64,000 nt of DNA. It comes from Candidatus Vogelbacteria bacterium. Lineage in GTDB: Bacteria > Patescibacteriota > Minisyncoccia > Phycocordibacterales > XYD1-FULL-46-19. Numbering within the stretch: the first letter of the stretch is position 1; every line of letters starts with the position of its first letter. Of the stretch, positions 46,715 through 56,290 are shown one piece after another. The notes beneath the pieces were generated by a model. It did no database searches, was not told where the DNA came from, and was given only the letters and a program-made list of their open reading frames with translations. The stretch is from NCBI GenBank assembly GCA_021414225.1, contig JAIOOX010000002.1:25113-89112 (forward strand), written 5' to 3'. The position numbers and the translations under genes were made by a program.

Positions 46715-49183
46715 ATGGCTGAAAAGAACAAAAAACCAATTGAAACTAGTGAGGTTAACGAGATTAATAAAACAGTCCCGGTTAACATTGTGACTGAGAT
46801 GCGAGAATCTTACTTAGATTACTCGATGTCAGTGATCGTGGCTCGAGCCTTGCCAGATGTCCGTGATGGCCTCAAACCAGTTCACCGTCGCATTCTTTTC
46901 TCTATGCACGAACTAGGCTTAACTGCTTCAGCTAAATTCCGTAAGTCAGCGACTATTGTCGGTGATGTGTTAGGTAAATATCACCCGCACGGTGACGTGG
47001 CTTGTTATGACGCTTTGACCCGTATGGCTCAAGAGTTTTCGACTCGTTACCCACTTATTTTTGGTCAAGGTAACTTTGGATCAATTGATGGTGACTCACC
47101 AGCGGCTTATCGTTATACCGAAGCAAAAATGTCTCGGATTGCTGGTGAGTTGTTGCGTGATATCGAAAAAGAAACTGTTGATTATATTCCTAACTACGAT
47201 GGTAGTCGCCGGGAGCCGGTGATTTTGCCGTCAGTGTTACCAAACTTACTTTTGAATGGAACTTTAGGTATTGCGGTTGGTATGGCGACCAAAATTCCAC
47301 CTCACAATGCTGGGGAGCTTTTGAACGCTCTGATCCACATGATGGATAACAAGGACGTAACGACAGAGGACTTGTTGCAATTTGTAACTGGACCAGATTT
47401 TCCAACTGGCGGTTTAGTTTTTAATACAGCTGATATTCGCCATGCCTATGCTACTGGTAGAGGGGGAGTCTTGACTCGTGGTGAAGCGGAGATTGTGGAA
47501 CAAAAAGCCGGTAATCATCAGATTATTGTTACTTCGATTCCTTATCAGGTAAACAAGTCTGATCTGATTGTGAAGATTGCTGACTTGGTCCGTGATAAAA
47601 AAATTGAAGGGATTCGTGATATCCGTGATGAATCAACGAAAGATATTCGAGTGGTGATTGACCTTAAAACCGGGGCTCATCCTCAGAAAGTTTTAAATGG
47701 TCTCTACAAACATACCGACCTGGAAGCCATGTTCCACTTCAATATGTTGGCTATTGTGGATGGGGTGCCGAAATTGTTGTCACTCAAATCTATTTTGGAA
47801 GAGTTTATTGCTCATCGTAAGGTGGTAGTAACTCGCCGCACTCAATACGATTTACGCAAAGCAGAGGAGCGGGCTCACATCTTAGAAGGTTTGAAAAAAG
47901 CTCTTGATCACATTGATGAAATCATCAAGTTGATCAAAAAATCCAAGGATACTGGCGAGGCTCATACCAATTTGGTTAAGCAGTTTAAATTGTCTGACAT
48001 TCAGGCGACTGCTATTTTGGAAATGCGGTTACAAAAACTAGCTGGTCTAGAACGTCAGAAAATTGAAGATGAGTTGAAAGAAAAATTAGCTTTGATTGCA
48101 GAGCTTAAATCAATTTTGGCTGATGTGAAGAAGATGATCAAAATTATTCGCACTGAATTTGCTGAATTGAAAGAAAAATATAGTGACGATCGTCGAACTA
48201 AGGTGATTTCTTCTGGTGCTAAAGAAATTAACGTCGAAGATCTAATTCCTGAAAAAGAAAACATGTTGGTTTTGACAGCGGGTGGTTATATCAAACGAAC
48301 TGATCCGACCGAGTATCGTTCTCAAAAGAGGGGTGGGGTTGGAGTGGTTGATTTAAACGTGAAAGAAGAAGATTTTGTCACTAACCTGCTAACCGCAAAC
48401 ACTCATAGTGATCTACTATTCTTTACTGATTCCGGTAAGGCTTATCAACTCAAAATGTATGAAATTCCAGAAGGTAAACGGGCGACTCGGGGTAAATCGA
48501 TCATGAACTTTATTTCTTTGTCAGCTGAAGAAAAAGTGACTTCCATTTTAGCTTTCCCGAAGGCCCTCAAAGACACCAAATTGTCACTTATGATGGTAAC
48601 TAAACAAGGCGTGGCTAAACGAGTTTCAGCCGAGAGCTTTAAAGATGTTCGTCGCAGCGGTATTATTGCGATCAAATTAAGTGATGGAGATGAGTTGTTA
48701 TCTGTTTGCCCGGTGGATAAGGGTGATAGTGTAATTTTGACATCTAAACTTGGTCAATCTATTCGTTTTAAAGAAGCTGATATTCGGGAAATGGGTCGCG
48801 GGGCCGCTGGAGTGCGAGCTATGAAGCTTGGCAAAGCTGACGTTATTGTCGGAGCTGATACGGTCAAAAAAGAGGCAACTGATGCTGAGCTGCTCGTGAT
48901 GGGTCGTAATGGTTTTGGTAAAAAAACCCCAATCAAAGATTACAAAATTCAAAAACGTGGCGGTTCAGGTATTAAGACGATTAAATTAACCAGCAAAACT
49001 GGAGAGTTGATCTCTAGTCGAGTACTAACTGGCGAAGAATCAGAAGTGGTGGCTATTTCTAAGCTGGGTCAAATCATTCGCACTGGCTTAGATGAGATTC
49101 CTAGTCTCGGCCGACAGACTCAAGGAGTCAGAATTATGAAGTTGCGAGCCGATGATAGTTTGGCATCCATAACTTGTTTGTAA
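46715..49183 (+). CDS. gyrA: DNA gyrase subunit A
   Basis: Catalytic Tyr region ([11 protein letters not shown]), QRDR-like [20 protein letters not shown]-terminal beta-pinwheel repeats. 822 aa. Confidence 0.95.
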   Translation: MAEKNKKPIETSEVNEINKTVPVNIVTEMRESYLDYSMSVIVARALPDVRDGLKPVHRRILFSMHELGLTASAKFRKSATIVGDVLGKYHPHGDVACYDALTRMAQEFSTRYPLIFGQGNFGSIDGDSPAAYRYTEAKMSRIAGELLRDIEKETVDYIPNYDGSRREPVILPSVLPNLLLNGTLGIAVGMATKIPPHNAGELLNALIHMMDNKDVTTEDLLQFVTGPDFPTGGLVFNTADIRHAYATGRGGVLTRGEAEIVEQKAGNHQIIVTSIPYQVNKSDLIVKIADLVRDKKIEGIRDIRDESTKDIRVVIDLKTGAHPQKVLNGLYKHTDLEAMFHFNMLAIVDGVPKLLSLKSILEEFIAHRKVVVTRRTQYDLRKAEERAHILEGLKKALDHIDEIIKLIKKSKDTGEAHTNLVKQFKLSDIQATAILEMRLQKLAGLERQKIEDELKEKLALIAELKSILADVKKMIKIIRTEFAELKEKYSDDRRTKVISSGAKEINVEDLIPEKENMLVLTAGGYIKRTDPTEYRSQKRGGVGVVDLNVKEEDFVTNLLTANTHSDLLFFTDSGKAYQLKMYEIPEGKRATRGKSIMNFISLSAEEKVTSILAFPKALKDTKLSLMMVTKQGVAKRVSAESFKDVRRSGIIAIKLSDGDELLSVCPVDKGDSVILTSKLGQSIRFKEADIREMGRGAAGVRAMKLGKADVIVGADTVKKEATDAELLVMGRNGFGKKTPIKDYKIQKRGGSGIKTIKLTSKTGELISSRVLTGEESEVVAISKLGQIIRTGLDEIPSLGRQTQGVRIMKLRADDSLASITCL

Positions 49184-49197
49184 TATAATAAGAGGGT

Positions 49198-49725
49198 ATG
49201 GCATTTGCTAATCCTCAAGAATTTGTTAAACAGCTAGATCTTAGTCCTCGTTCAACGGTGGCTGATTTTGGAGCTGGTTCTGGGGCCTGGACTTTGGCGC
49301 TCTCCAAATATTTAACCGGGGGAACCGTCTATGCGATTGATATCCAAAAAGAATTGTTGGGTAGTTTGCAAACTGAAGCCACAAAAGCTGGTCTAGCCAA
49401 TATTCATTACTTGCAGGGTGATCTAGAGAGTCGCGGTGGTAGTAAGTTAGCTGATGAGGAAGTCGATGTGGTTTTAATTGCGAATATTTTATTTCAAAGT
49501 AAGTTGAAATATTCGATCGCTTTAGAGGCTAAGAGAATTCTAAAACGCACCGGTCAGGTGGTGGTGATTGAGTGGAAGGAATCTTTTGGTGGTATCGGAC
49601 CAAAAGCGGAAGACGTTGTCTCAGCTAAAGAAATTCAGGAGGTGTTTGGTCAAGCTGGTTTCGTGGAGCAATCAACAATTGATGTTAGTGATCAACATTA
49701 TGCTATGATATTTGTGAAGGGCTAA
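49198..49725 (+). CDS. Class I SAM-dependent methyltransferase
   Basis: VADFGAGSGAWTLAL (motif I, glycine-rich), 175 aa. Confidence 0.6.
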   Translation: MAFANPQEFVKQLDLSPRSTVADFGAGSGAWTLALSKYLTGGTVYAIDIQKELLGSLQTEATKAGLANIHYLQGDLESRGGSKLADEEVDVVLIANILFQSKLKYSIALEAKRILKRTGQVVVIEWKESFGGIGPKAEDVVSAKEIQEVFGQAGFVEQSTIDVSDQHYAMIFVKG

Positions 49726-49733
49726 TTTTTTTT

Positions 49734-51035
49734 ATGAAGAAAATCAATATTTTTCAGATAGTTCTACTTTTCATCTTTGGGTTTGGTTTGGTCATTGGGG
49801 TGTTAATCTTTTCGGGTATATTACCTGGTTTTAAAAAGACAACCACTGTCAGTCAAAAGTCAGTGGTCATGTGGGGGGATATAGCAGTCAGTAAAGCATC
49901 TAATTTTATAGCTGAACTTAATCGAGCAAACAAAGATTCTTTTTTTGTCAGTTATGTTTATAAGGACCCTAGTACTTATGAGACTGAGTTAATCAATGCA
50001 CTAGCTCACGGTAAGGGTCCGGATTTAATTCTTCTTCATGACAGATCAATTGTTAAGTTAGAAAAATTGATCGAGCCACTACCTTATACTTCTTTACGGG
50101 TAACTGATTTTAAGAATACTTTTATTGATGGAGCTAGTGTTTTCTTGACCTCGGTTGGCACTTTAGCTATTCCTATCAGTGTTGATCCGTTGGTGATGTA
50201 TTACAACAAAGATCTTTATATTAAAGCTAATATTTTTCAACCGCCTCAAAATTGGTCTGGTTTCCAAAACAATCATAAGGTTTTAAACTCGGTTAGTGAC
50301 CAGGGGATCATCTCTCAAAGCGGGGTAGCTTTAGGTAATTTCCCTAACATAAAAAACGCAAAAGAAATTTTACTGACTTTATTGATGCAGGCTGGTGCCC
50401 CTTTGGTTGTTAGAACACCTAATAATAATTACCAAGTGTCATTGGGTGATATTTCTGGCAATAGTAATAGTATTTACTCAGCTTTAGATTTCTTTACCAG
50501 ATTTGCTACTCCAGGCCGAGCGGAATATTCTTGGAATAATTCATTTCCAGAAGCAGCTACCACCTTCACTAATGGCTTTACAGCTAATTATTTTGGTTTC
50601 GCTAGTGAAATCCAAACCCTGCGAGCTCTCAATCCTAATTTAAACTTAGCGATCACTTCTTTACCTCAAATAGACGAGGCTCCTCGACCTTTGACGTATG
50701 GTCGTTTGGATGGAGTGGCGGTTTTGAAAAGCTCCAAAAATAAATCAGTGGCTTTTTCAGTAGCTATAGCGATGTTTGATCGAGAAAATAGTGCTAAATT
50801 ATCTGAGGCTTTATCATTAGCCTCTCCTCGCAAAGATTTATTGGTGCGTATTTCCAATGATGAATTTAAAGATCTCTTTAATCACTCAGCTTTGATTTCT
50901 AGTTCGTGGCTGGATCCAAATCCTGATGCTTCCAAAAAGGTATTTCAATCCAGCGCTAACGCTGTCACGATTGGTATTAATGGACCAGAAAAATCTATGT
51001 CTCAAATGTTCGAACAATTAAAAAATTTATTTTAA
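49734..51035 (+). CDS. Membrane-anchored extracellular solute-binding-protein-like protein (family 1 SBP-like). Orphan: no permease or ATPase nearby.
   Basis: N-terminal TM anchor, then an SBP-like pattern (VVMWGD...YETELINALAHGKGPDLILLHD). 433 aa. Confidence 0.45.
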   Translation: MKKINIFQIVLLFIFGFGLVIGVLIFSGILPGFKKTTTVSQKSVVMWGDIAVSKASNFIAELNRANKDSFFVSYVYKDPSTYETELINALAHGKGPDLILLHDRSIVKLEKLIEPLPYTSLRVTDFKNTFIDGASVFLTSVGTLAIPISVDPLVMYYNKDLYIKANIFQPPQNWSGFQNNHKVLNSVSDQGIISQSGVALGNFPNIKNAKEILLTLLMQAGAPLVVRTPNNNYQVSLGDISGNSNSIYSALDFFTRFATPGRAEYSWNNSFPEAATTFTNGFTANYFGFASEIQTLRALNPNLNLAITSLPQIDEAPRPLTYGRLDGVAVLKSSKNKSVAFSVAIAMFDRENSAKLSEALSLASPRKDLLVRISNDEFKDLFNHSALISSSWLDPNPDASKKVFQSSANAVTIGINGPEKSMSQMFEQLKNLF

Positions 51036-51041
51036 TTAACA

Positions 51042-51518
51042 ATGAATATAAATAAATTATCTTCAGGATTAATTATTTTATCTCTAGTTTTTGTTGGGCT
51101 ATTTTTTATTGCGCCGGTGGTTGATGCTCAAGTGGTTAGCAAGTTGGTTCCTTGTGGTGACGCTGGACGACCAGACTGCACTTTTAAAGATTTAGCTCTT
51201 TTGATCACGGCGGTGATTAAGTTTCTGATTTTTCAAGTAGGAATATTGGTAGCCACCATTGTGATTATTTGGGGTGGGGTGCTTTATGTTTTGTATCCTT
51301 ATAAACCAGGTTACAAAGATACTGCCAAAAAAATGATTACTGGTTCGATCGTGGGCCTACTTATTATGATGGGAGCGTATCTCATTGTTAAAACCCTGGT
51401 TACTAGTGTGGTCGGCCCTTCGGCTGATGACGCTAATCCAGCTGATAAGGCGGATTTGATTGAGGCGGTTAATAATACTTTTCAAGATTTACCAAATACT
51501 TCCCAGTCACCAAACTAG
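51042..51518 (+). CDS. Pilin-like small secreted/membrane protein, paralog 1 (TrbC/VirB2-like two-helix hairpin)
   Basis: Signal peptide (...VVDAQ), then the conserved hairpin LIFQVGILVATIVIIWGGVLYVLYPYKPGYKDTAKKMITGSIVGLLIMMGAYLIV shared with the next four ORFs. Confidence 0.5.
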   Translation: MNINKLSSGLIILSLVFVGLFFIAPVVDAQVVSKLVPCGDAGRPDCTFKDLALLITAVIKFLIFQVGILVATIVIIWGGVLYVLYPYKPGYKDTAKKMITGSIVGLLIMMGAYLIVKTLVTSVVGPSADDANPADKADLIEAVNNTFQDLPNTSQSPN

Positions 51519-51552
51519 TAAGTATCTTTTCCCTTTGAATATTTAATTTGTT

Positions 51553-51954
51553 ATGATTACTGGTATGAAAAAAATATGCAAATCACTTTATTTAAAAGGG
51601 TTGGGTATTTCGGTGTTTCTGGTGCCTTTATTGAGCTCGGCGACAACCGACGTTAACCCTGGTGGAGGGGACTCTTTTTCGCTGCAGATTGTTAACCCTC
51701 TCAGTGTTGGTAGTTTAGAGGGGCTGCTCGATTTATTACTGAAAATTTTATTACAGATTGGTATACCGGTGGTCACTTTTATGATCATTTGGTCTGGTTT
51801 CTTATTTATTAAAGCTCAAGGTAAAGAGGGTGAAGTGACCAAAGCCAAAGAAAATTTACAATGGGTCCTAATCGGGACAGCAATTGTGTTGGGGGTTGGT
51901 TCAATCTTAGCTATTATCAAAACAACTGTCGCTGCCTTGGGTGGTGGTGTTTAA
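51553..51954 (+). CDS. Pilin-like small protein, paralog 2
   Basis: Signal peptide, then IGIPVVTFMIIWSGFLFIKAQGKEGEVTKAKENLQWVLIGTAIVLGVGSILAI (same WG...K-rich...second TM pattern). Confidence 0.5.
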   Translation: MITGMKKICKSLYLKGLGISVFLVPLLSSATTDVNPGGGDSFSLQIVNPLSVGSLEGLLDLLLKILLQIGIPVVTFMIIWSGFLFIKAQGKEGEVTKAKENLQWVLIGTAIVLGVGSILAIIKTTVAALGGGV

Positions 51955-51961
51955 TTAAATC

Positions 51962-52492
51962 ATGACATATTTAAAATCAAAGAAGTTTAGTTGCTTGAGT
52001 CTCGGTTTATTTTTAGTGGCTATCATCTTAGTTCCAACTTTAGCTTTAGCTCAACCTGGTGGTTTGCCTGGTGGAGCTGGTAACGGGTCGGGCGGGAACG
52101 GGGGTCCTTCAGGGGGGGATATTCCTGGTGGTGATGGTGGTTCTGGGACTATTCCGAATAATACCAACCAGGGCTGCGATCTATCAACGGCTACTTTTAA
52201 GACGCTGGTCGACTGTGTTCGTGATTCAATCGTGGTGCCTATTATTAACCTACTCTTGGCTTTGGCGGTCTTGGTCTTTTTTTGGGGCTTAGTCAAATAT
52301 CTATATAAAGGTGATAACGACGCTGAGCGGACCAAAGGTAAAAGTTTGATGGCTTTTGGGATCATTGGACTTTTTGTAATGGTAAGTGTTTGGGGGATAG
52401 TTGGTTTGTTAACTGGAACTTTTTTTGGGGCTAGTGGTCCAGCAGGTGTTAATCCACCGGTTCCTCAGTTGCCAGCTAGTATTACTCTATAA
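51962..52492 (+). CDS. Pilin-like small protein, paralog 3, with a Gly-rich linker
   Basis: Signal peptide (LALAQP), GGxGG low-complexity linker, CDL...LVDC cysteine pair, then LALAVLVFFWGLVKYLYKGDNDAERTKGKSLMAFGIIGLFVMVSVWGIVGLL. Confidence 0.5.
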   Translation: MTYLKSKKFSCLSLGLFLVAIILVPTLALAQPGGLPGGAGNGSGGNGGPSGGDIPGGDGGSGTIPNNTNQGCDLSTATFKTLVDCVRDSIVVPIINLLLALAVLVFFWGLVKYLYKGDNDAERTKGKSLMAFGIIGLFVMVSVWGIVGLLTGTFFGASGPAGVNPPVPQLPASITL

Positions 52493-52552
52493 GGGTGGTA
52501 TAATGTTCTTATTATTAAATTGGGTCGTTTATTATTTTATTTTTTAAATTAT

Positions 52553-52933
52553 ATGAAGAAAGTTGTTGCAACAATTGGTTCTGGTTTAGCTTTGACGCCT
52601 TTCTTGGCTCTAGCTCAAAGTTTTGATCCGAATGGTTATATCGCAAGTATCATAACTTCCTTTAGTGGTTGGATTAATGTGCTTATCGGTATTTTGGTTA
52701 CCTTGGCCGTTTTGGTTTTTATTTGGGGTTTGATCACTTACTTGCTTAATGCTAGTAATGAAGAAAAGCGCTCAGATTCAAAGTGGTATATGATTTATGG
52801 TATAGTTATTTTGTTCGTTATGGTTAGTATTTGGGGTCTAGTAGGGCTTCTTCAAAATATTACTGGAGCGGAATCTAACGTAGACGCTGGTGGTATTGAT
52901 ATTCCAACAGTAACAGGTACAGATATTCAGTAG
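52553..52933 (+). CDS. Pilin-like small protein, paralog 4. Internal Met start used; the ORF track starts at 52520.
   Basis: Signal peptide (FLALAQS), then LIGILVTLAVLVFIWGLITYLLNASNEEKRSDSKWYMIYGIVILFVMVSIWGLVGLL. Very close to paralog 3 in the hairpin. Confidence 0.5.
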   Translation: MKKVVATIGSGLALTPFLALAQSFDPNGYIASIITSFSGWINVLIGILVTLAVLVFIWGLITYLLNASNEEKRSDSKWYMIYGIVILFVMVSIWGLVGLLQNITGAESNVDAGGIDIPTVTGTDIQ

Positions 52934-52938
52934 CTAAC

Positions 52939-53175
52939 GTGGTTATCATTGAAAATCTTAAGAGTCAGATATTAAACCCCTTGATTGGTTTCTTGTTTGT
53001 GTTGGCCACCCTCTACTTTGTGTGGGGAGTGTTCCAATTTATTCAAAATGCTGATAGTGATACTGGCCGACAGCAAGGTCGCGACAGTATCTTGTGGGGA
53101 TTGTTTGGAATGTTCATCATGGTAGCCGTGTTTGGGATCATGTGGACTATTTGTAACACTGTTCAGTGTCAATAA
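52939..53175 (+). CDS. Pilin-like small protein, paralog 5 (minimal, hairpin only)
   Basis: LIGFLFVLATLYFVWGVFQFIQNADSDTGRQQGRDSILWGLFGMFIMVAVFGIMW, followed by a C-terminal CNTVQC. Confidence 0.45.
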   Translation: MVIIENLKSQILNPLIGFLFVLATLYFVWGVFQFIQNADSDTGRQQGRDSILWGLFGMFIMVAVFGIMWTICNTVQCQ

Positions 53176-53196
53176 ATCTTAAGTAAGGGAAATAAT

Positions 53197-53229
53197 AAAG
53201 CCGCCTCGCGTAAACGCTTGGCGGCTTTG
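53197..53229. terminator. Hairpin aagccgcc-tcgcgtaaacgctt-ggcggctt between the pilin-like array (+) and the GC-rich island (-)
   Basis: 8-bp GC stem with a 14-nt loop. Confidence 0.5.
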
Positions 53230-53260
53230 TGGTTGGGAAACTCAAGGTGACAAATCGTCC

Positions 53261-54142
53261 CTACATCTTGTATAGGTAGACAGTCACCGTGGTTTCCTTA
53301 CCATTGGTTGATTGGAACTTCAGTGTTCCGAGGTTGTTGAGATTGATGCCGTGGTTGACACCTTTCTCGGCTTGAGGGTTATCGGTGTAGGGCGCGTCCA
53401 TATATGGCCTCACCCCGTTTCCCACGACCATGACCACGTCGTGGGGATTGAACGTGACCTTGTAGTGGCTAACCACAAGAGTCACTTCCAGGTCCTTCTC
53501 GCCGGTTTTGGCCTTCATCTTGCCTTCCCCGGCGCTCGCTGTTTCGCCAATAGTCTTGGACCAGCCGGTGGCTGGTACAGAGACAGTGAACTTGGCGATG
53601 TCGTGTGCTCCCTCCGGTAACGGGCCGATCCGTTTGGGGTCGACCTTGGTTCCAGGTAGGGTGGGGAGACTCAAGTTCTGGAAAACAACCTTAGGGTCTG
53701 TTTCACCTAACCCATTAGCATTAGCTAGTGGAGTCAGAATCAACAAGAGTAACCCAGTGGTCAAGGCCGCTTTCCAGAAGCGTGACCTTCCAATCCTGAC
53801 GGCGTCTTTCTCGTAGGAGAGAAAGTACGAACCGCCAGCCATGAGAAGGACTACCATTGCGATGATGGTGTAGCCCGTGTTGGTCACGAACCACAAGAAC
53901 CAGGCTGGGAACACCCACCAGGTGGCGAAGACCACCACAGTCCAGTAGGCGACCCAGGCACCAGTTAGGAATGGATCCCACTCTGGACCTTTCGGTTTAG
54001 GGGCTGTTACGGGAGTGCCACCAGCAGTGGTTGTCCTGGGAGTTGGGCCTCCTGTAGATTTCCACATTTTTCTGACATCATCCCAGTATCGGAAGAGGGC
54101 TACTAACCCGATTCCGAGTAAGGCGATTGCTACCGAACTCAT
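53261..54142 (-). CDS. NfeD-like membrane protein (TM helices plus C-terminal beta-rich soluble domain). GC-rich foreign composition.
   Basis: 293 aa: Pro/Thr-rich linker, about four TM helices (WVAYWTVVVFATWWVF..., IIAMVVLLMAGGSYFL..., LTTGLLLLILTPL), beta-strand-rich C-terminus. Four-base overlap with the upstream SPFH-like gene. Confidence 0.35.
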   Translation of the reverse strand: MSSVAIALLGIGLVALFRYWDDVRKMWKSTGGPTPRTTTAGGTPVTAPKPKGPEWDPFLTGAWVAYWTVVVFATWWVFPAWFLWFVTNTGYTIIAMVVLLMAGGSYFLSYEKDAVRIGRSRFWKAALTTGLLLLILTPLANANGLGETDPKVVFQNLSLPTLPGTKVDPKRIGPLPEGAHDIAKFTVSVPATGWSKTIGETASAGEGKMKAKTGEKDLEVTLVVSHYKVTFNPHDVVMVVGNGVRPYMDAPYTDNPQAEKGVNHGINLNNLGTLKFQSTNGKETTVTVYLYKM

Positions 54143-55521
54143 GAAGTAGAACCTTTCTTTTTCCTCGCCGGCTTTTGAGTGGCTGGCGGAGTCGTAGGTT
54201 GAGTCTCCGGTTTTGTTTCAGAGACTTTTTTCAGGGTTTGGGCGATTTGGGTTGCTATCCCCGAGATACCCCCATCGCCGATAATGTGCACGGCATTGGG
54301 GTTGCTCAGGCCTGCCTTGGCCGCGTCAATGACAAGGGCCTCTTGGCCCGACACTCCCGTGGCGGTTTGGATTTTTTTGAGTCCAGCCGCCTCGGCAGTC
54401 ATCATTCGCAGGTGGTTGTTAGCGAGAGCTTCCCCTGCGCGTTGTGTTTCCACCCCTTTCCCAATAGACTCAGCGATTTTTTGGATCTCTGCGTTGAGGG
54501 AGTGACTGGTCAACACCTTGAAGTTTTTGACCTGAGTGAATCTCAAGCCAATCTCGTCTTCTATCAGTTTTCGCAGGGCGTTAACCGATAGTCTTTTGAT
54601 ATCTGGTCTGGTTGTGGTGGTCACCTCTTTGTAGTCTATCCTGTTCTCTGCGAGAGCTTCCAGGACATATCGGGTGACGTAGCGGCTGATAGCATCAACA
54701 TTACGTTGTGCGCGGGCCGCCGTGCCTACCTGGCAGACTGAGCGCATCCCACTTTCGATCAGGTCTCGGACGTAATTTGTGGCGTCCTCGATCGAGTCGA
54801 AAGCGATGTCAAACCGCAAGCCTTTGGTGATTTGCATTGTGTAGGACGCCGACACCTCCGCAATGACCCGGGTTTTAAGCGGGTCCTTGTATTGATCGGC
54901 TATCTCATCCTTAACTTGTCCCTTGTCTGGTTTTACCACCACTGCCGGGACGAAGTTGTATTTTTCCTCGGTGGCGGGATCTCCCAAAGTTGGAGTAATT
55001 GTCACCGTCTGACTCAGTATATCTTCTTCGTCGGCAGGATCAGCGGATTCAAACGGCACAAAAATTGGTTCTATCCAATAATCTGGTACCATCTTCCCAC
55101 TGGCATCCTTTTTCATCCCTTTTGGCTCAGAGGGTAGTGGTTGCGGATTTCCTTGGTCGTCCTTTCCCCTCCAGAGATCTTCTGGGTTGGCAGGTACTTC
55201 TCGGGTGATGATCGCTCTCGGGTAACGATTGACGGTTGTCAGTCCCCAAAATCCAGGGACGATACCAGCATCGATTGATCCGATGCGATAGCCCAGAAAT
55301 TGAAGGACCCCCACATCTTTCGCGCCGTCCACTTTGGTGTGAATGGTGCCGTAGAGACAGTAGGCAATCCACCAGATCAGTACGACGTTTCTCCAGTTGA
55401 TACTGGTGGACGTCTCATTTTGATTTTCCACCGGCAGGCCGTTAGGCATTGCCAAGTAGATGATCACAAAGATTGCTACCATAACCACGATGGACCATCC
55501 TGAATACTGACGGGTTGTCAT
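54139..55521 (-). CDS. SPFH / band-7 (stomatin/flotillin)-like membrane protein, divergent. GC-rich foreign composition.
   Basis: N-terminal TM helix, then GVLQFLGYRIGS...PGFWGLTTV resembling the SPFH core (ERFGRY...PGLxxxxPF). Long Ala/Glu/Gln-rich helical region and a basic Pro/Thr-rich tail. GC-rich third codon positions, unlike the neighbouring genes. Confidence 0.35.
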   Translation of the reverse strand: MTTRQYSGWSIVVMVAIFVIIYLAMPNGLPVENQNETSTSINWRNVVLIWWIAYCLYGTIHTKVDGAKDVGVLQFLGYRIGSIDAGIVPGFWGLTTVNRYPRAIITREVPANPEDLWRGKDDQGNPQPLPSEPKGMKKDASGKMVPDYWIEPIFVPFESADPADEEDILSQTVTITPTLGDPATEEKYNFVPAVVVKPDKGQVKDEIADQYKDPLKTRVIAEVSASYTMQITKGLRFDIAFDSIEDATNYVRDLIESGMRSVCQVGTAARAQRNVDAISRYVTRYVLEALAENRIDYKEVTTTTRPDIKRLSVNALRKLIEDEIGLRFTQVKNFKVLTSHSLNAEIQKIAESIGKGVETQRAGEALANNHLRMMTAEAAGLKKIQTATGVSGQEALVIDAAKAGLSNPNAVHIIGDGGISGIATQIAQTLKKVSETKPETQPTTPPATQKPARKKKGSTS

Positions 55522-55737
55522 CTTCTTTTCTCCTGGTTTTTGCCCTTAAGCAAACACCTTTTTGTTTGTTTCCAATCAACTGTCAACGACCTTTCAATAT
55601 CTCTACAGCAGGGGATAATAGCCCCAACTGAGTATCTTTACTTCCACTCTCTATTATATCAGGTTTTATGAAAAAGTCAAGGGGTCTTAAATAACAAAAT
55701 ACCCCTGAGAATTAGGGGGATTTTACTACAAATCCAG

Positions 55738-55866
55738 GCGAGGGGAGACTCGCCCGCGACTAAATTTTTTGTCGACACAAAAAATTTGTCTGGGCACCAC
55801 CTCGGCCCCAAACTCTGCTGAGTCTGGACTGCGTGGCCTCCGGTGTTCGAGTCTCCCCTCGCCCCT
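55738..55866 (-). repeat. Family 3 tRNA-spacer repeat, copy a, bounded by the 15-nt perfect inverted repeat gcgaggggagactcg / cgagtctcccctcgc derived from the tRNA-Leu(TAG) 3' end
   Basis: Contains the AT-rich hairpin aaattttttgt-cgac-acaaaaaattt and the conserved segment tctgggcaccacctcggcccc...ctggactgcgtggcctccggtgttcgagtc, homologous to 56330..56412 and more loosely to 56040..56115. Confidence 0.6.
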
Positions 55867-55913
55867 ACAAAATAAAAAGCCCCAAAGCTATCGCTTTGAG
55901 ACTTAATATTTTG

Positions 55914-55995
55914 TGAGCGAGGGGAGACTCGAACTCCCAACCCGTGAGGGACTAGTTCCTAAGACTAGCGCGTATACCAATTCCGCCACTCGCCC
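55914..55995 (-). tRNA. tRNA-Leu (anticodon TAG), type II
   Basis: Minus-strand read GGGCGAGTGGCGGAATTGGTATACGCGCTAGTCTTAGGAACTAGTCCCTCACGGGTTGGGAGTTCGAGTCTCCCCTCGCTC. Anticodon loop ctTAGga, long variable arm. Confidence 0.8.
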
Positions 55996-56023
55996 GATGT
56001 TTTGTTGTGAGAAATTCGGTCAC

Positions 56024-56166
56024 AAATAATTTTGCTGTGCAAAATTTTCGCGACCCCGCCTCGGTCACAGTCTTCGACTGGCTTTGCGACCTGTGGCTTT
56101 CGAATCCCTCACAGGGACTACCAAACAATATTCATTCAATATTTTATATTGAATTCATTTGTTTGG
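56024..56166 (-). repeat. Family 3 tRNA-spacer repeat, copy b, plus an 88-nt near-perfect palindrome (56098..56185) that runs into the tRNA-Lys 3' half
   Basis: ttcgaatccctcacaggg (56098..56115) is the exact inverted copy of the tRNA-Lys T-arm / acceptor 3' strand at 56168..56185. The spacer between them, actaccaaacaatattcattcaatatttt | atattgaattcatttgtttggtg, is itself palindromic. Confidence 0.6.
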
Positions 56167-56239
56167 TGCCCTGTGAGGGATTCGAACCCCCGACCATCTC
56201 CTTAAGAGGGAGTTGCTCTACCAACTGAGCTAACAGGGC
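56167..56239 (-). tRNA. tRNA-Lys (anticodon CTT)
   Basis: Minus-strand read GCCCTGTTAGCTCAGTTGGTAGAGCAACTCCCTCTTAAGGAGATGGTCGGGGGTTCGAATCCCTCACAGGGCA. Anticodon loop ctCTTaa. Confidence 0.8.
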
Positions 56240-56290
56240 AATTGTAGGATTATAGTTTATTTGAGGGGGAAATTCAATTTTATAACCAAG

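Noticed and set aside
55738-55866. Possible extra tRNA or intron-containing tRNA flanked by gcgaggggagactcg / cgagtctcccctcgc
   Set aside because: No cloverleaf could be built on either strand (no T-stem partner for the TTCGAGT loop, no D-arm). Interpreted as copies of the tRNA-Leu(TAG) 3' end within the family 3 spacer repeat.
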